64,000 nucleotides of DNA from Myxococcales bacterium (lineage in GTDB: Bacteria > Myxococcota_A > Polyangia > Polyangiales > DASUME01). The stretch lies in contig JASGJH010000001.1 in assembly GCA_047601445.1 (NCBI GenBank), positions 2,944,001 through 3,008,000 on the forward strand, given 5' to 3'. Positions 18,449 through 28,003 of this stretch are shown here, in pieces (the stretch's first letter is position 1; each line of letters starts with the position of its first letter). Under the pieces are notes generated by a model. The model worked only from the letters and a program-made list of their open reading frames with translations, did no database searches and was not told the origin of the DNA. A program made the translations under genes and the position numbers.

Positions 18449-19528
18449 ATGAAGGTTCTCAGGGAGTCTGACCGTCTTCATCCCTATCCACGCGGTTGGT
18501 ATGCGGTAGGCACGGGCTTCGATCTCAAGCCCGGCGAGCTGCGCCACACGGCGTTCATGGGGCAACAGCTGATTTACTTCCGTACCGAATCTGGGACGGT
18601 CAACGCACTGGACGCGTACTGCAAGCACGCGGGGACGCACCTTGGACATGGTGGCAAGGTCAAAGGGGAGATGGTGGTTTGCCCCTATCACCACTTCCAC
18701 TGGGGCAGCGATGGCAAGCTCGCGCACGTGCCAGGCATGACCAAGTGTCCACGCCTGCAGCAGAAGAGCTTCCCCGTCGACGAGAAGTGGGGCTACGTCA
18801 TGGTCTGGCACGACCCAGACGGCGGGCCTCCAAACTGGACCGTGCCCGCAGTGGTCGACACCAAGACCTGGTCCAACCCGCTGATCGAGAACCGCATTCT
18901 CGACGTGCATCCGGTAGACGTGGCCGAGAACTCGTCAGACATGCGCCACTTCCACGCGCTGCATCACAACGACTTCAACCTCCAAGAAATTTACGCGGTC
19001 GACGCGGACCACTTCCACGCGCTCTACACAGGCAAGGTGCTCGAGGAGAACAAGGGCCTCGAGTTCTACCATCGCATCGCCCATGGCGTGATGGACGTGC
19101 ACCTGTATGGACTCGGCGTGCTCACCGTGCAGGTGACCCTGCCCGACATGGGCCTCGGGTTCCATTACATGGTGTCACCGCTCCCTCTCGACGAGAACCG
19201 CACGCAGCTGATGATTGGCGTGAACATGCGGCGCAGCTTCGAGTTCAAGGGTAAGTGGCTCGACCGCGCCCTGCCGGGACTCAACGGACGCATCAGGCTC
19301 CCCTTCGTGGACCGGTTGGTCCACCTGTGGCGCCAGGACTTCCTGCGCAGTCAGCTGGAGGACGAGCCCATCTGGGGCCACAAGGTGTACATGGCGGAAC
19401 CCGGCTTCATGGATCCTCCCGTGCAAGTCTTCCGCAAGTGGGCCGCCGGCATCGTGAAGCCGCTCAACCCGGACGCGCGCCACAGCAACGGTGGCGGCAA
19501 GCGCTCGCTACCCGTCACCGACGTGTGA
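18449..19528 (+). CDS. Rieske non-heme iron oxygenase, KshA/Neverland-like
   Basis: YPRGWY; Rieske CKH-x17-CPYH; mononuclear Fe motif ENSSDMRHFHALH; DEPIWGHKVY. Confidence 0.88.
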   Translation: MKVLRESDRLHPYPRGWYAVGTGFDLKPGELRHTAFMGQQLIYFRTESGTVNALDAYCKHAGTHLGHGGKVKGEMVVCPYHHFHWGSDGKLAHVPGMTKCPRLQQKSFPVDEKWGYVMVWHDPDGGPPNWTVPAVVDTKTWSNPLIENRILDVHPVDVAENSSDMRHFHALHHNDFNLQEIYAVDADHFHALYTGKVLEENKGLEFYHRIAHGVMDVHLYGLGVLTVQVTLPDMGLGFHYMVSPLPLDENRTQLMIGVNMRRSFEFKGKWLDRALPGLNGRIRLPFVDRLVHLWRQDFLRSQLEDEPIWGHKVYMAEPGFMDPPVQVFRKWAAGIVKPLNPDARHSNGGGKRSLPVTDV

Positions 19529-19563
19529 CTCCTGCGTGCTCGAGGCCACACTCGTAGTGCACG

Positions 19564-20571
19564 CTACTCGGGCTTGCGGCACAGAATCTGATAGCTGGTG
19601 GTGGCGAGCCCGAGCTGATTGGCGGTCACGAAGGCCTCACCTCCCGCGCCCAGTCGCTGGAACAGCGGCACGAAGTGGGCAGGGACCAGGTGGGCCTTGA
19701 CGCCGAGGCGCATGCCCCGCCGCAAGAGGCCATAGTGCTTGCGCTCGCCCTTGATGAGCTCGCTCTGGTGCCCGCCCAAGCTCGCGTCGCGACTCGAGGT
19801 CACCGCGAACCCTGCTGAGGCCATGGCCTGCTCCACCTCGCCTGGAGACGGCGTGTCCACGGCTCCGATCACTTCGCGCGTCTGCTGCATGATAGAAGCG
19901 TGTTCTTCGTTGTCGGGATCGAAGGCTGGCAGGCGCACCCAGTCGAGATACGAGAACGACGCGCCCGGCTTGAGCACGCGGAAGAGCTCGTCGAATACGG
20001 CGCGCTTGTTCTTGGCGTAGGTGAAGGCCTGAATCTCGTAGCCACCGTCGAAGCTCGCATCGGGAAACGGCAGGCGGTCGTTCAAGTTGCCCTGGATGAA
20101 CGCGGTGCGCTCGTGGAGTCCCTGCAAACGTGCGTGGGATTTCGCGTTGTGGATTTGCCCGGGATCCACGTTCAAGCCCGTCACGTGCGCACCCGAGTGG
20201 CGAGCCACGTGGGCGGCCACGCGTCCTCGACCGCAACCGACGTCGAGCACACGTGTGCCCACGCTGGCGCGGATTTGCCGCATCATGCGCCGCTCGAACA
20301 ACTCTTGATTGCCCTTCACGCCGGCATGCTGGTCGAGCAGGGGCGGGAAGTACATCTTCTCCACGTTGCCCAGAGCGCAGAGGTGATTGAGGACGCGGTA
20401 GTAGTCGATGATGTGACCGTCATGCTTGCCGTTCTGATGGCTCCAGTCTCCGTCGAACAAGACGTAGGATTCCAGGAAGGCATCCAGATGGCACGGCTCG
20501 ATGGAGTAGAGCCAGCGCAACGAACTGAGCCGGGTCTTCAAGGTGTAGAGATCGACGCCTAGTACACTCAT
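19564..20571 (-). CDS. SAM-dependent methyltransferase, sterol C24-methyltransferase (Erg6/SMT)-like
   Basis: VLDVGCGRG, VTGLN, LPFPDASFDGGYEIQA, FDELFRVLKPG, FDPDNEEH, C-terminal CRKP. Confidence 0.8.
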   Translation of the reverse strand: MSVLGVDLYTLKTRLSSLRWLYSIEPCHLDAFLESYVLFDGDWSHQNGKHDGHIIDYYRVLNHLCALGNVEKMYFPPLLDQHAGVKGNQELFERRMMRQIRASVGTRVLDVGCGRGRVAAHVARHSGAHVTGLNVDPGQIHNAKSHARLQGLHERTAFIQGNLNDRLPFPDASFDGGYEIQAFTYAKNKRAVFDELFRVLKPGASFSYLDWVRLPAFDPDNEEHASIMQQTREVIGAVDTPSPGEVEQAMASAGFAVTSSRDASLGGHQSELIKGERKHYGLLRRGMRLGVKAHLVPAHFVPLFQRLGAGGEAFVTANQLGLATTSYQILCRKPE

Positions 20572-20837
20572 GGTCGACAGCTCCTGCGGCGGCAGAGGGA
20601 TGCCGCTACACCACCTTCACCCTTCCATGCTGGTTTGGAGCGCGCACGCATGGGCGGCCGCTGCCCCTGCTTTTCGTCCAAGACCGCACAATTGCGGGCG
20701 CCCACGGCGGCGCTGGCGCTGCATGAAATCGTCCGCGACTTGGGGTGAAGTGGACGCTTGAGCTGAACAATCGGTGTCGCGGCTCGTGTTAGGGACCGCC
20801 TCCCACGCAACCCCTTGGCCTCGAGGTTCCTCTCCCC

Positions 20838-22172
20838 ATGCACGGCAAGTACATCACCCCCACCCTGGCGCTCGCCCTTACTGCCAACCTCGCCTGCGGG
20901 TGTCCCCCGGACCTCCAAGATCGGGGCGCGCTCGATGAAAACGACGGTGACATGCAGCCCGACGCGGGGGGCACCTGCCAATCGCTCACCATCGGGAACG
21001 GCAAGCTCGACCTGCTCTTCGTGATCGATAACTCGGGGTCGATGGCGCAGGAGCAACTCAAGCTCGCCGAGCAAATTCCTGGCCTACTGAGGAGCCTGAC
21101 GATGGGTCAGGCCGCCGACGGCAGCACGTTCATGCCCATGCGCGACATCCACGTGGGCGTGGTCACCTCGGACATGGGCCTGAGCGGCAGCCAGCTGCAG
21201 TTGCCCCCGAGCTGCCTGGGCTTCGGCGATGATGGCGTGCTGCGCAAGGGCGGCGCGTCTTGCTCCAGCGCGGCGCCCTCGGGCTACCTGAGCTACACGC
21301 CCGAACAGAACAACTTCGAGCAGACACTCACCGACCTGTCGTGCCTGGCCGCGGTCGGAACCAGCGGCTGCGGGTTCGAGCAACAGCTCGAGGCCATGTA
21401 CAAGGCGCTCGCTCCCGCCAGCGTAAAGACGTTCGGGCAAGGCACGGCGGGCCACGGCGACCTCGAGAATCAGGGTTTCCTGCGCGCTGATGCCGCGTTG
21501 GCCATCGTGCAACTGAGCGACGAGGAAGACTGCTCTGTGACTCCGCAGGGCGAAGTGCTCTTCGACGACCCCACCAGCCATCCGGCGGTGAGATTCCCTG
21601 GCACCTCGCAGAACCTCGGCCTCAACATCCGCTGCGCATACGGTGATCCCGACGAGCGCGAGAGCCAGGTCGAAAAGGCCGGCTTGATTCACCCGATCAC
21701 TCGCTACGTGCAGGAGTTCAAGCGCGACGTGAAGCCCAACAATCCGGACAGCGTCGCGTTCATCGCCATCGTGGGGATCCCGGACGGCACCGAGGGCATG
21801 GCGCCGGCGGACATCTTGAATCACCCGAGCATGGGCTTCGCCGTGGATCCTCAGACAGGCGGCGGCGATCCCACCAACCGCAACACGGCGGCGCGCGATG
21901 TCTGTCGTCAGTGCGTCGGGTTGTCCGCTGAGGACTGCATGAAGCAGCCGGTGATCTCGCAGGATCAGAACGGAAGCTTCGTTTCCAATCCCCAGCTCAT
22001 CACCGGCGCCAAACCCGGTGTGCGCTTCGTGAAGGTGGCCCAGGCCTTCGGCGAGCACGGCTCGGTGCGGTCGATTTGCGCCGAGAGCTACGCACCGGCG
22101 GTCGATCACCTGGTGCAGAAAATCGCGCAACTTCCGAGCGCCACGCCGGGCAACACCGGCTGCGCTCCTTGA
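20838..22172 (+). CDS. Myxobacterial vWA-like lipoprotein
   Basis: LANLAC/GC lipobox-like start; KLDLLFVIDNSGSMAQEQ MIDAS motif; IHVGVVTSDMG, GCGFEQQLEA, FLRADA.LAIV.LSDEEDCS. Confidence 0.8.
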   Translation: MHGKYITPTLALALTANLACGCPPDLQDRGALDENDGDMQPDAGGTCQSLTIGNGKLDLLFVIDNSGSMAQEQLKLAEQIPGLLRSLTMGQAADGSTFMPMRDIHVGVVTSDMGLSGSQLQLPPSCLGFGDDGVLRKGGASCSSAAPSGYLSYTPEQNNFEQTLTDLSCLAAVGTSGCGFEQQLEAMYKALAPASVKTFGQGTAGHGDLENQGFLRADAALAIVQLSDEEDCSVTPQGEVLFDDPTSHPAVRFPGTSQNLGLNIRCAYGDPDERESQVEKAGLIHPITRYVQEFKRDVKPNNPDSVAFIAIVGIPDGTEGMAPADILNHPSMGFAVDPQTGGGDPTNRNTAARDVCRQCVGLSAEDCMKQPVISQDQNGSFVSNPQLITGAKPGVRFVKVAQAFGEHGSVRSICAESYAPAVDHLVQKIAQLPSATPGNTGCAP

Positions 22173-22235
22173 GCGATTGAGCACGCGAGCGCGAAGCGGT
22201 AAACCCGTGTTGCTTCCGACCAGGACGACAAGCCC

Positions 22236-23036
22236 ATGAACCCTGTCCGCATCGCGCTCGCCAACCTTCCCTACCCGAGCTCACCAACCGAGTCCCTCGA
22301 GCGCGCACTGAACGTGCTCCCCGAGGCGGCCGCGGCGGGCGCAGCCGTGGTGTGCTTTCCCGAAGCCTATGTGCCCGGCTATCGCTGTTGGCCCAATCGT
22401 CCGCGTCCCGCGCCGGACCCGGCGTTCCTCGAATCGGCTCATGCGGCGGTCGCACGCGCCGCGGGTGATGCGGGCATCGCGGTCGTGCTGGGCAGCGAGC
22501 GGATGGTGGCAGGGAAACTGCGCTTGACGGCGCTCGTGATCGCGGCCGATGGCCATGTGCTCGGCTATCAGGACAAGGTGCAGCTCGATCCGGGTGACGA
22601 AGACGCGACCTACGAACCCGGTAGCGAGCGCAGGCTCTTTCAAGTAGGCCCGCTTTGCTTCGGCATCGCCATTTGCCACGAGGGCTTTCGCTATCCCGAG
22701 ACGGTGCGCTGGGCCGCTCGCCGGGGCGCACAGCTGGTCTTCCATCCGCACTACTCGGAGGCCGAGCCGGGCGCCTTCCGCCCCTCGAGCTACGCCGACC
22801 CGCGCAACAGCTTCCACGAGAAGGCACTGCTGTGCCGAGCCGCCGAGAACACGTGCTTCGTGGCCAGCGTGAACTGCGCGGGCGAGGGCTCACCCACCAC
22901 GTCCGCGGTGGCGCGACCCGACGGCAGCCTGCTCTGCCATCAACCCTACGGAGTGCCCGGCCTGTTGCTCGCCGATCTCGACCTGGGTGAGGCGACCGGC
23001 ACCTTGGCCAAGCGCCTGCGCCCGGGCTTCGACTAA
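22236..23036 (+). CDS. Carbon-nitrogen hydrolase (nitrilase superfamily)
   Basis: VCFPEAY (Glu), QDK (Lys), IAICHEG (Cys) triad; RAAENTCFVASVN. Confidence 0.9.
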   Translation: MNPVRIALANLPYPSSPTESLERALNVLPEAAAAGAAVVCFPEAYVPGYRCWPNRPRPAPDPAFLESAHAAVARAAGDAGIAVVLGSERMVAGKLRLTALVIAADGHVLGYQDKVQLDPGDEDATYEPGSERRLFQVGPLCFGIAICHEGFRYPETVRWAARRGAQLVFHPHYSEAEPGAFRPSSYADPRNSFHEKALLCRAAENTCFVASVNCAGEGSPTTSAVARPDGSLLCHQPYGVPGLLLADLDLGEATGTLAKRLRPGFD

Positions 23037-24121
23037 TCCTGCCAGCGCAACGATGCCTCGAAGTCCCGCAGCGCGTGCAACAACTCATCGCTGATCTGGT
23101 GCGTGATCCAGTGATCCACGCCCGCGAAGCGCTTCACCTGCAGGTGCTCCACGTAGTCCGGCAGGTGATCGAGCTGGCTCGCGGTGACGAAGCTGTCGTC
23201 GAGCCCCCACAGGACCAACGTCGGCGTGGTGATGGTGACGCCGGTGGGAAGCCGCACCTCGGGCTCGAGGTTCGCCTGGAACCATTTGCTCATGCTCGCC
23301 ACCACATCGGGCTGTCCCCAGGCTGCGTGGTAGGCGTCGCGCTCTGCGGGGCTCAGGTGAGGTCCAAGCTGCAGCTCCACGAACCCGAGTGCAAAGTCGG
23401 CGAGGGGACCCGAGACCAGTGGCACGTAGTTGGCCGAGGCCTGAGCTTGCACGGAGTCGACCTCGGGATGCCCCCAGATGTCGGGATGGGGCCCGTTCAT
23501 GACGACCAAGCCGCGCAGACGCTCGGGGTGACGATGCGCGTACACGAACGCGACGAGACCGCCCCAATCATGGCCCACCAGCAGCACCTGACGCTCCCCC
23601 GAGGCCTCGATCAAACCTTCGAGATCCGAAACCAGATGATCCACCAGGTAGGCGTCCACTTCGTTCGGCTTGTCGGAGAGGTTGTAGCCGCGTTGGTCGG
23701 GCGCGATCACTCGGAAGCCGGCCGCCGCGAGCGGCGCGGCCAGCTCGGTCCAGGCCAAGTGGAGCTCGGGGTAGCCATGCAGAAAGACGATCGCCGGCCC
23801 GCTGCCCTGACAAGCGACCTGGAGGTTGAGTTCGCCCACGTCCACCATGCTGGTGGCGAACCGGTCATCGGCGCATGGAAAGCGTGCCTGGTGCCGTAGG
23901 GGGCTCGGGCCCGCGTCCTCCTCGGCGCTAGCATCGACGACCTTTCCACCGCTTTCATCATCGGCAGCGCTTGATTCCGGGTCTTCGCCGACCGCGGCGG
24001 GCTCGACCTCGGCGTCCGACGTATTCGCGGGCGGGTCTCGATCGGGGTGATGGGGGACCTTGGTGCAAGCCAGGGAGGCGGAGCAGAGACAAGCGAAGCC
24101 AAGCGCAGCGTGGGGCGTCAT
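23033..24121 (-). CDS. Alpha/beta hydrolase (epoxide hydrolase-like), lipoprotein
   Basis: SLAC lipobox; FLHGYPE, PDQRGYNLSDKP, VGHDWGG, LWGLDD, DHWI. Confidence 0.88.
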   Translation of the reverse strand: MTPHAALGFACLCSASLACTKVPHHPDRDPPANTSDAEVEPAAVGEDPESSAADDESGGKVVDASAEEDAGPSPLRHQARFPCADDRFATSMVDVGELNLQVACQGSGPAIVFLHGYPELHLAWTELAAPLAAAGFRVIAPDQRGYNLSDKPNEVDAYLVDHLVSDLEGLIEASGERQVLLVGHDWGGLVAFVYAHRHPERLRGLVVMNGPHPDIWGHPEVDSVQAQASANYVPLVSGPLADFALGFVELQLGPHLSPAERDAYHAAWGQPDVVASMSKWFQANLEPEVRLPTGVTITTPTLVLWGLDDSFVTASQLDHLPDYVEHLQVKRFAGVDHWITHQISDELLHALRDFEASLRWQD

Positions 24122-24215
24122 GAGCACTCCAATCAGCGCACCATGGGGCCCGAGCGTCAGCCGCCACAAGCGATCAATCGTGACCTAAAGGTAAGAGGAG
24201 CTAATCTATCTACCG

Positions 24216-25130
24216 ATGCAGCCCGTCTTGCCCCCCTTGAACTTCTTGCCTGCCTTCGAAGCCGCCGGTCGCCTGGGCAGCTTCAAGCAGGCCGCTCAGG
24301 AGCTCCACCTCACGCCCTCCGCTGTCAGTCAGCAGATGAAGCTGCTCGAGGGCGCGCTGGGGATCTCCCTGTTCGCCCGGGAGGGACGCAGCATCAAGCT
24401 CACCCAGGCCGGCGAGAGCTACCTGCGCGACGTGCAGCGCGTTCTCACGGACCTCGGCCTCGCGAGCAAGCGACTCCATGCGCGCAAGGAGAAGGGCGTG
24501 CTGCGCTTGAACACCATCGACTTCGTGGCGTACGAGTTCTTGGTGCCCCGCTTGGCCTCGTTTCGACAGCAATTTCCCGATGTGGAGCTGCGGCTCGAGA
24601 CCAGCGTTAGCTTGATCGACTTCACCAACAGCGACGTCGACGCGGTGATCCGCGTGGGGGGCGGTCCCTGGCCGGGTCTCAACTGGATCCCCTTCGGCAG
24701 CGTCACCGCGACCCCGGTGTGCAGCGCCGACCTCGCGCGCAAGATACGCACCCCCGAGCAGCTGCTGACCCATCCGCTGATCGAGCTGCGCGGCCAGGAA
24801 TATCGTGGCTGGCACGCACTCGCTCAGGGCCTCGGCCGCCAGGGGGCGCGTCTGAACATCACCACGTTCGATACCTACTTCGAGACCTTGCGCGCGGCCG
24901 AGGCGGGCCTCGGCGTGGCCCTGGCTGTGTTTCCGCTTACGAGCGAGTGGGTGCTGCGTCGACGCCTGTGCGTGCCGCTCGCGCAGCGCACGCCGCTCCC
25001 GGGCTCGATCGCGCTGGTGCATCCGCCCGTAACCAAGTTTCGCAAGCTGTTCGCGCCCATGGGCAAGTGGCTCGCGGACCAATACGCGGCGCTGCCCGCG
25101 CTGCCGGCAGGTCGCATCGTGAAGAAGTGA
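24216..25130 (+). CDS. LysR family regulator (GcvA-like)
   Basis: LPPLNFLPAFEAAGRLGSFKQAAQELHLTPSAVSQQMKLLE; DVDAVIR; AAEAGLGVAL. Confidence 0.92.
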   Translation: MQPVLPPLNFLPAFEAAGRLGSFKQAAQELHLTPSAVSQQMKLLEGALGISLFAREGRSIKLTQAGESYLRDVQRVLTDLGLASKRLHARKEKGVLRLNTIDFVAYEFLVPRLASFRQQFPDVELRLETSVSLIDFTNSDVDAVIRVGGGPWPGLNWIPFGSVTATPVCSADLARKIRTPEQLLTHPLIELRGQEYRGWHALAQGLGRQGARLNITTFDTYFETLRAAEAGLGVALAVFPLTSEWVLRRRLCVPLAQRTPLPGSIALVHPPVTKFRKLFAPMGKWLADQYAALPALPAGRIVKK

Positions 25131-25215
25131 CGCGGCTGGCGGACGGGGTGATCGCGATGGGCCGAGGCTCAGGAGGATTGTACTCGGGGCCGGGCACGAC
25201 GTTACGATCGAAGAC

Positions 25216-26343
25216 ATGCGTTCATTGCAGGAGCAGGTCGCGGGCACCATCGCGCAGACCGATCCCATTCGTCGAAACCTGAAGATCACCCTCACCTACC
25301 ACCGCATCCTGCATGCGATGAAGTCGTTGACCGGCGCCGTCGACGTGTCGTGGCCCGCCTACGCCGTGTGGGCGAGCCGAACCGTGGGCCACTACGTACG
25401 CGCCGAGGAGATCCCGAAGCTGGCACGAGGCTTCGTGGAGGAGGCCGACCTGGTGTCACGTTTTTTGGCGTCCATCGACGCTGATCGCGCGGAGCTCGGC
25501 GCGCTGCTGACCTTGCCAGCCACGTTTCTGCACGCGGCCATCGAGCAAGTGACCGAGGAGATCCCGGCGCAGCTCGGCGAAGGCAATCGTCTGGTGTTCG
25601 AGGAGCTGGGGCCGGCCTATATGACCTTCCTCGAAGCCTTCGCCAGCCACCCGCGCGGCGACCTCGGCGTGCTCGAAGCTTACCTCGCTCGCTATCGTCC
25701 TGGGCGCCCCGAAGACGGCGGGCAGACCATGCTGGCCCGCGCCTTCGCGGCTTACCACGAGGCCATGCGCGCGGAGCACCCGCAGCAGCGCGCGGAGTGG
25801 ATGTTGCTCGCGAACCTCACCACCGGCTACCACGAGCAGATCCGGCTCCAGGGGCCCATCGCGAAGGCCCTCGACGCGAGGCTCTCGGAGCGCGTGGTGG
25901 CCCACCTCGAGACCACGGGCCATGGCATTTCGGCGAGCTTGTTGAGGAGCCTGGTGCGCGTGGCGCCGCACATCCTCGACGACGTGGAGCATGCCTGGCG
26001 CAACGCGGCCACCACGTTCTTCATGACCCTGAGGTTGCCGGACGCCGAGTTTCGCCTGGGCGCCGACGTGCCGCCGCTGCCCGACGGTCGCGCCTTTCCC
26101 CTCGACGTCACCAACCTCTCGCTGCCCGATCTCCACACGTTGCTAGCGGAGCTCGACCAGACGCCGAACGCACTGCGGGGCTCCCGGGCGCACGACTGGA
26201 GCGTGCTCGGCGACCGGATGAACTTCATCGTCGACGTGTTCCGTTCGCGACAGCAGCATGCACCGCTGTTCGACCCGCCGTTCGACGCCGCGCAGATGGC
26301 GGAGATCGACGCCGACCGGCTGCCGGGCGGTGAGCTGTTTTGA
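25216..26343 (+). CDS. Conserved-looking hypothetical protein (375 aa)
   Basis: Well-formed ORF; motifs RNLKITLTY, WPAYAVWASRTVG, GNRLVFEELG, HEQIRLQ, DWS.L.DRMNFI. Confidence 0.8.
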   Translation: MRSLQEQVAGTIAQTDPIRRNLKITLTYHRILHAMKSLTGAVDVSWPAYAVWASRTVGHYVRAEEIPKLARGFVEEADLVSRFLASIDADRAELGALLTLPATFLHAAIEQVTEEIPAQLGEGNRLVFEELGPAYMTFLEAFASHPRGDLGVLEAYLARYRPGRPEDGGQTMLARAFAAYHEAMRAEHPQQRAEWMLLANLTTGYHEQIRLQGPIAKALDARLSERVVAHLETTGHGISASLLRSLVRVAPHILDDVEHAWRNAATTFFMTLRLPDAEFRLGADVPPLPDGRAFPLDVTNLSLPDLHTLLAELDQTPNALRGSRAHDWSVLGDRMNFIVDVFRSRQQHAPLFDPPFDAAQMAEIDADRLPGGELF

Positions 26344-26349
26344 GTCCTT

Positions 26350-26874
26350 TCAGGGCTGAAGCAAGAGGTCCGACGAGACTTGAAAGCGCTGCACTCGCAT
26401 CGCTCCCATTTCTCCCACCAGCAGAAACGATTCAACGACCTGATCCGCCTTCGCATAGCGGGTCTTGAAAGCCAACTGGACGCGCCAGCCGGGACCTGTT
26501 CCCACGTTGCGATTCCAAGCCAGGCTCTTCGGATCGAAGGTGAAATCTCCGCGCGGCCCAAGGCGCTCATTCACCAGCCGGAAGATCATGAAGACCCGCT
26601 GAACCTCCTCGGGAGGCCAGTCAGCCGTGTGGGCGCGAACGCAAGCCTCGTCCAATGCCAAACCACAGCGGAAAAAGGCATTGCTTTGGGAGATTGCCTC
26701 GTCACGAATCTCGTCGATCTTCCCGAAGCTGGCAGCGAAATTAATGGCCATGATCGCGCCCAAGAGGGCGATCACGGAACCGAGAGCGATGAGAACCTTG
26801 AGGAGGCACCCCCCCTTCGTGCCCCGCCGACGATCCTGAGGAGAGATTGAGAGAACCTCGCGCGGTTCAGCCAT
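26350..26874 (-). CDS. Hypothetical single-pass membrane protein
   Basis: Basic N-terminus, GGC-hydrophobic TM (LLKVLIALGSVIALLGAIMAI), soluble C-terminal domain; less GC-biased codons. Confidence 0.6.
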   Translation of the reverse strand: MAEPREVLSISPQDRRRGTKGGCLLKVLIALGSVIALLGAIMAINFAASFGKIDEIRDEAISQSNAFFRCGLALDEACVRAHTADWPPEEVQRVFMIFRLVNERLGPRGDFTFDPKSLAWNRNVGTGPGWRVQLAFKTRYAKADQVVESFLLVGEMGAMRVQRFQVSSDLLLQP

Positions 26875-27012
26875 TGGCAGGAGTATGCAGGAAGCGGACG
26901 TAGTCGTTCCGGAAAAGTTAGACCGCCTTGTAGACGAGCACAGGCTCGAGCCGTCGCGGTCTTTTTTGCTTCCTCGACGTATCCTTTGGGGGCCCTCGCG
27001 TGTCGTCCTGCC

Positions 27013-27996
27013 ATGAGTCCATCGTCCAAATCCGCAAACCCGCCCCCATTGCCCGAGGCCGTCGGCCAGACCTGGCGCGCCTTTCTCGAGCAATACGAGC
27101 CGCTTAGGCCCGAGCTCTACCGCTATTGTCGCTATCTGACCCGGAGCCCTTGGGAAGCGGACGACCTGGTGCAAGAGGCGCTCATGCGCACGTTCGTGAC
27201 CCTGGGTTGCATCCATCAGGAGGTCCACAACCCGCGTGCCTGGCTGTTTCGAATCGCCTCGAACCTGTGGCTGAATCGCCTGCGCGACGAGCGCGAGATT
27301 CCCGTGGCCACGACGCCGCAACCCGAGGCATCCGAGGCCGACGCGCGAGCGACTCGTGAGGCCGCTGGCGTACTCATCGCGGGTCTCGCGCCGCAAGAGC
27401 GGGCTGCCGTGGTGCTCAAGGATGTCTTCGACATGAGCCTCGAGGAGACCGCCGATGCCCTCTCGACGAGCGTGGGCGCGGTGAAGGCTGCACTGCATCG
27501 GGGCCGCGGCAAGCTGGCCGATCCCGAGCCGAGCTATACGGCGCTGCCCGCTCCCGCCGTGCTCGACGCTTTCTGCGCGGCCTTCAATGCGCGTGATCTC
27601 GAGCGCGTGACCTCGCTCTTGCTGGAGAACGTGGTGCTCGAGTTCCCGGGCCTGTCCCTGGAGTACGGCGTCGAAACAGCCAAGCGCGGCTCGCTCTCGG
27701 GGGTGTTGTACGGCAATCCGTCCTCCGACTTCAGCGGCATCGCGCCGGCCTACCGCGAGGGCATCGGCTCCACGCCGCCACGCCTCGAGCTGCGCTGCCA
27801 TCGCGGCGAATGGCTGATGCTCGGCTGGTTCGAGCACACCGAAGGCGACGCCGTGCGCGCCATCTCGCGGGTCACGCTGGTAGGGGACCGCATTGCGCAC
27901 TTGCGCACCTACTTGCATGCTCCCGACGTCCTGGCCGAGCTCTGCAAGGAACTCGCCGTCCCGTTCCGAAGCAGCGGATATCGCTACTGGTGGTGA
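27013..27996 (+). CDS. ECF sigma-70 factor with C-terminal SnoaL-like extension
   Basis: LRPELYRYCRYLTRSPWEADDLVQEAL, AWLFRIASNLW, LAPQERAAVVLKDVF, VGAVKAALHRGR, AFCAAFNARDL. Confidence 0.9.
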   Translation: MSPSSKSANPPPLPEAVGQTWRAFLEQYEPLRPELYRYCRYLTRSPWEADDLVQEALMRTFVTLGCIHQEVHNPRAWLFRIASNLWLNRLRDEREIPVATTPQPEASEADARATREAAGVLIAGLAPQERAAVVLKDVFDMSLEETADALSTSVGAVKAALHRGRGKLADPEPSYTALPAPAVLDAFCAAFNARDLERVTSLLLENVVLEFPGLSLEYGVETAKRGSLSGVLYGNPSSDFSGIAPAYREGIGSTPPRLELRCHRGEWLMLGWFEHTEGDAVRAISRVTLVGDRIAHLRTYLHAPDVLAELCKELAVPFRSSGYRYWW

Positions 27997-28003
27997 GGGA
28001 TCC

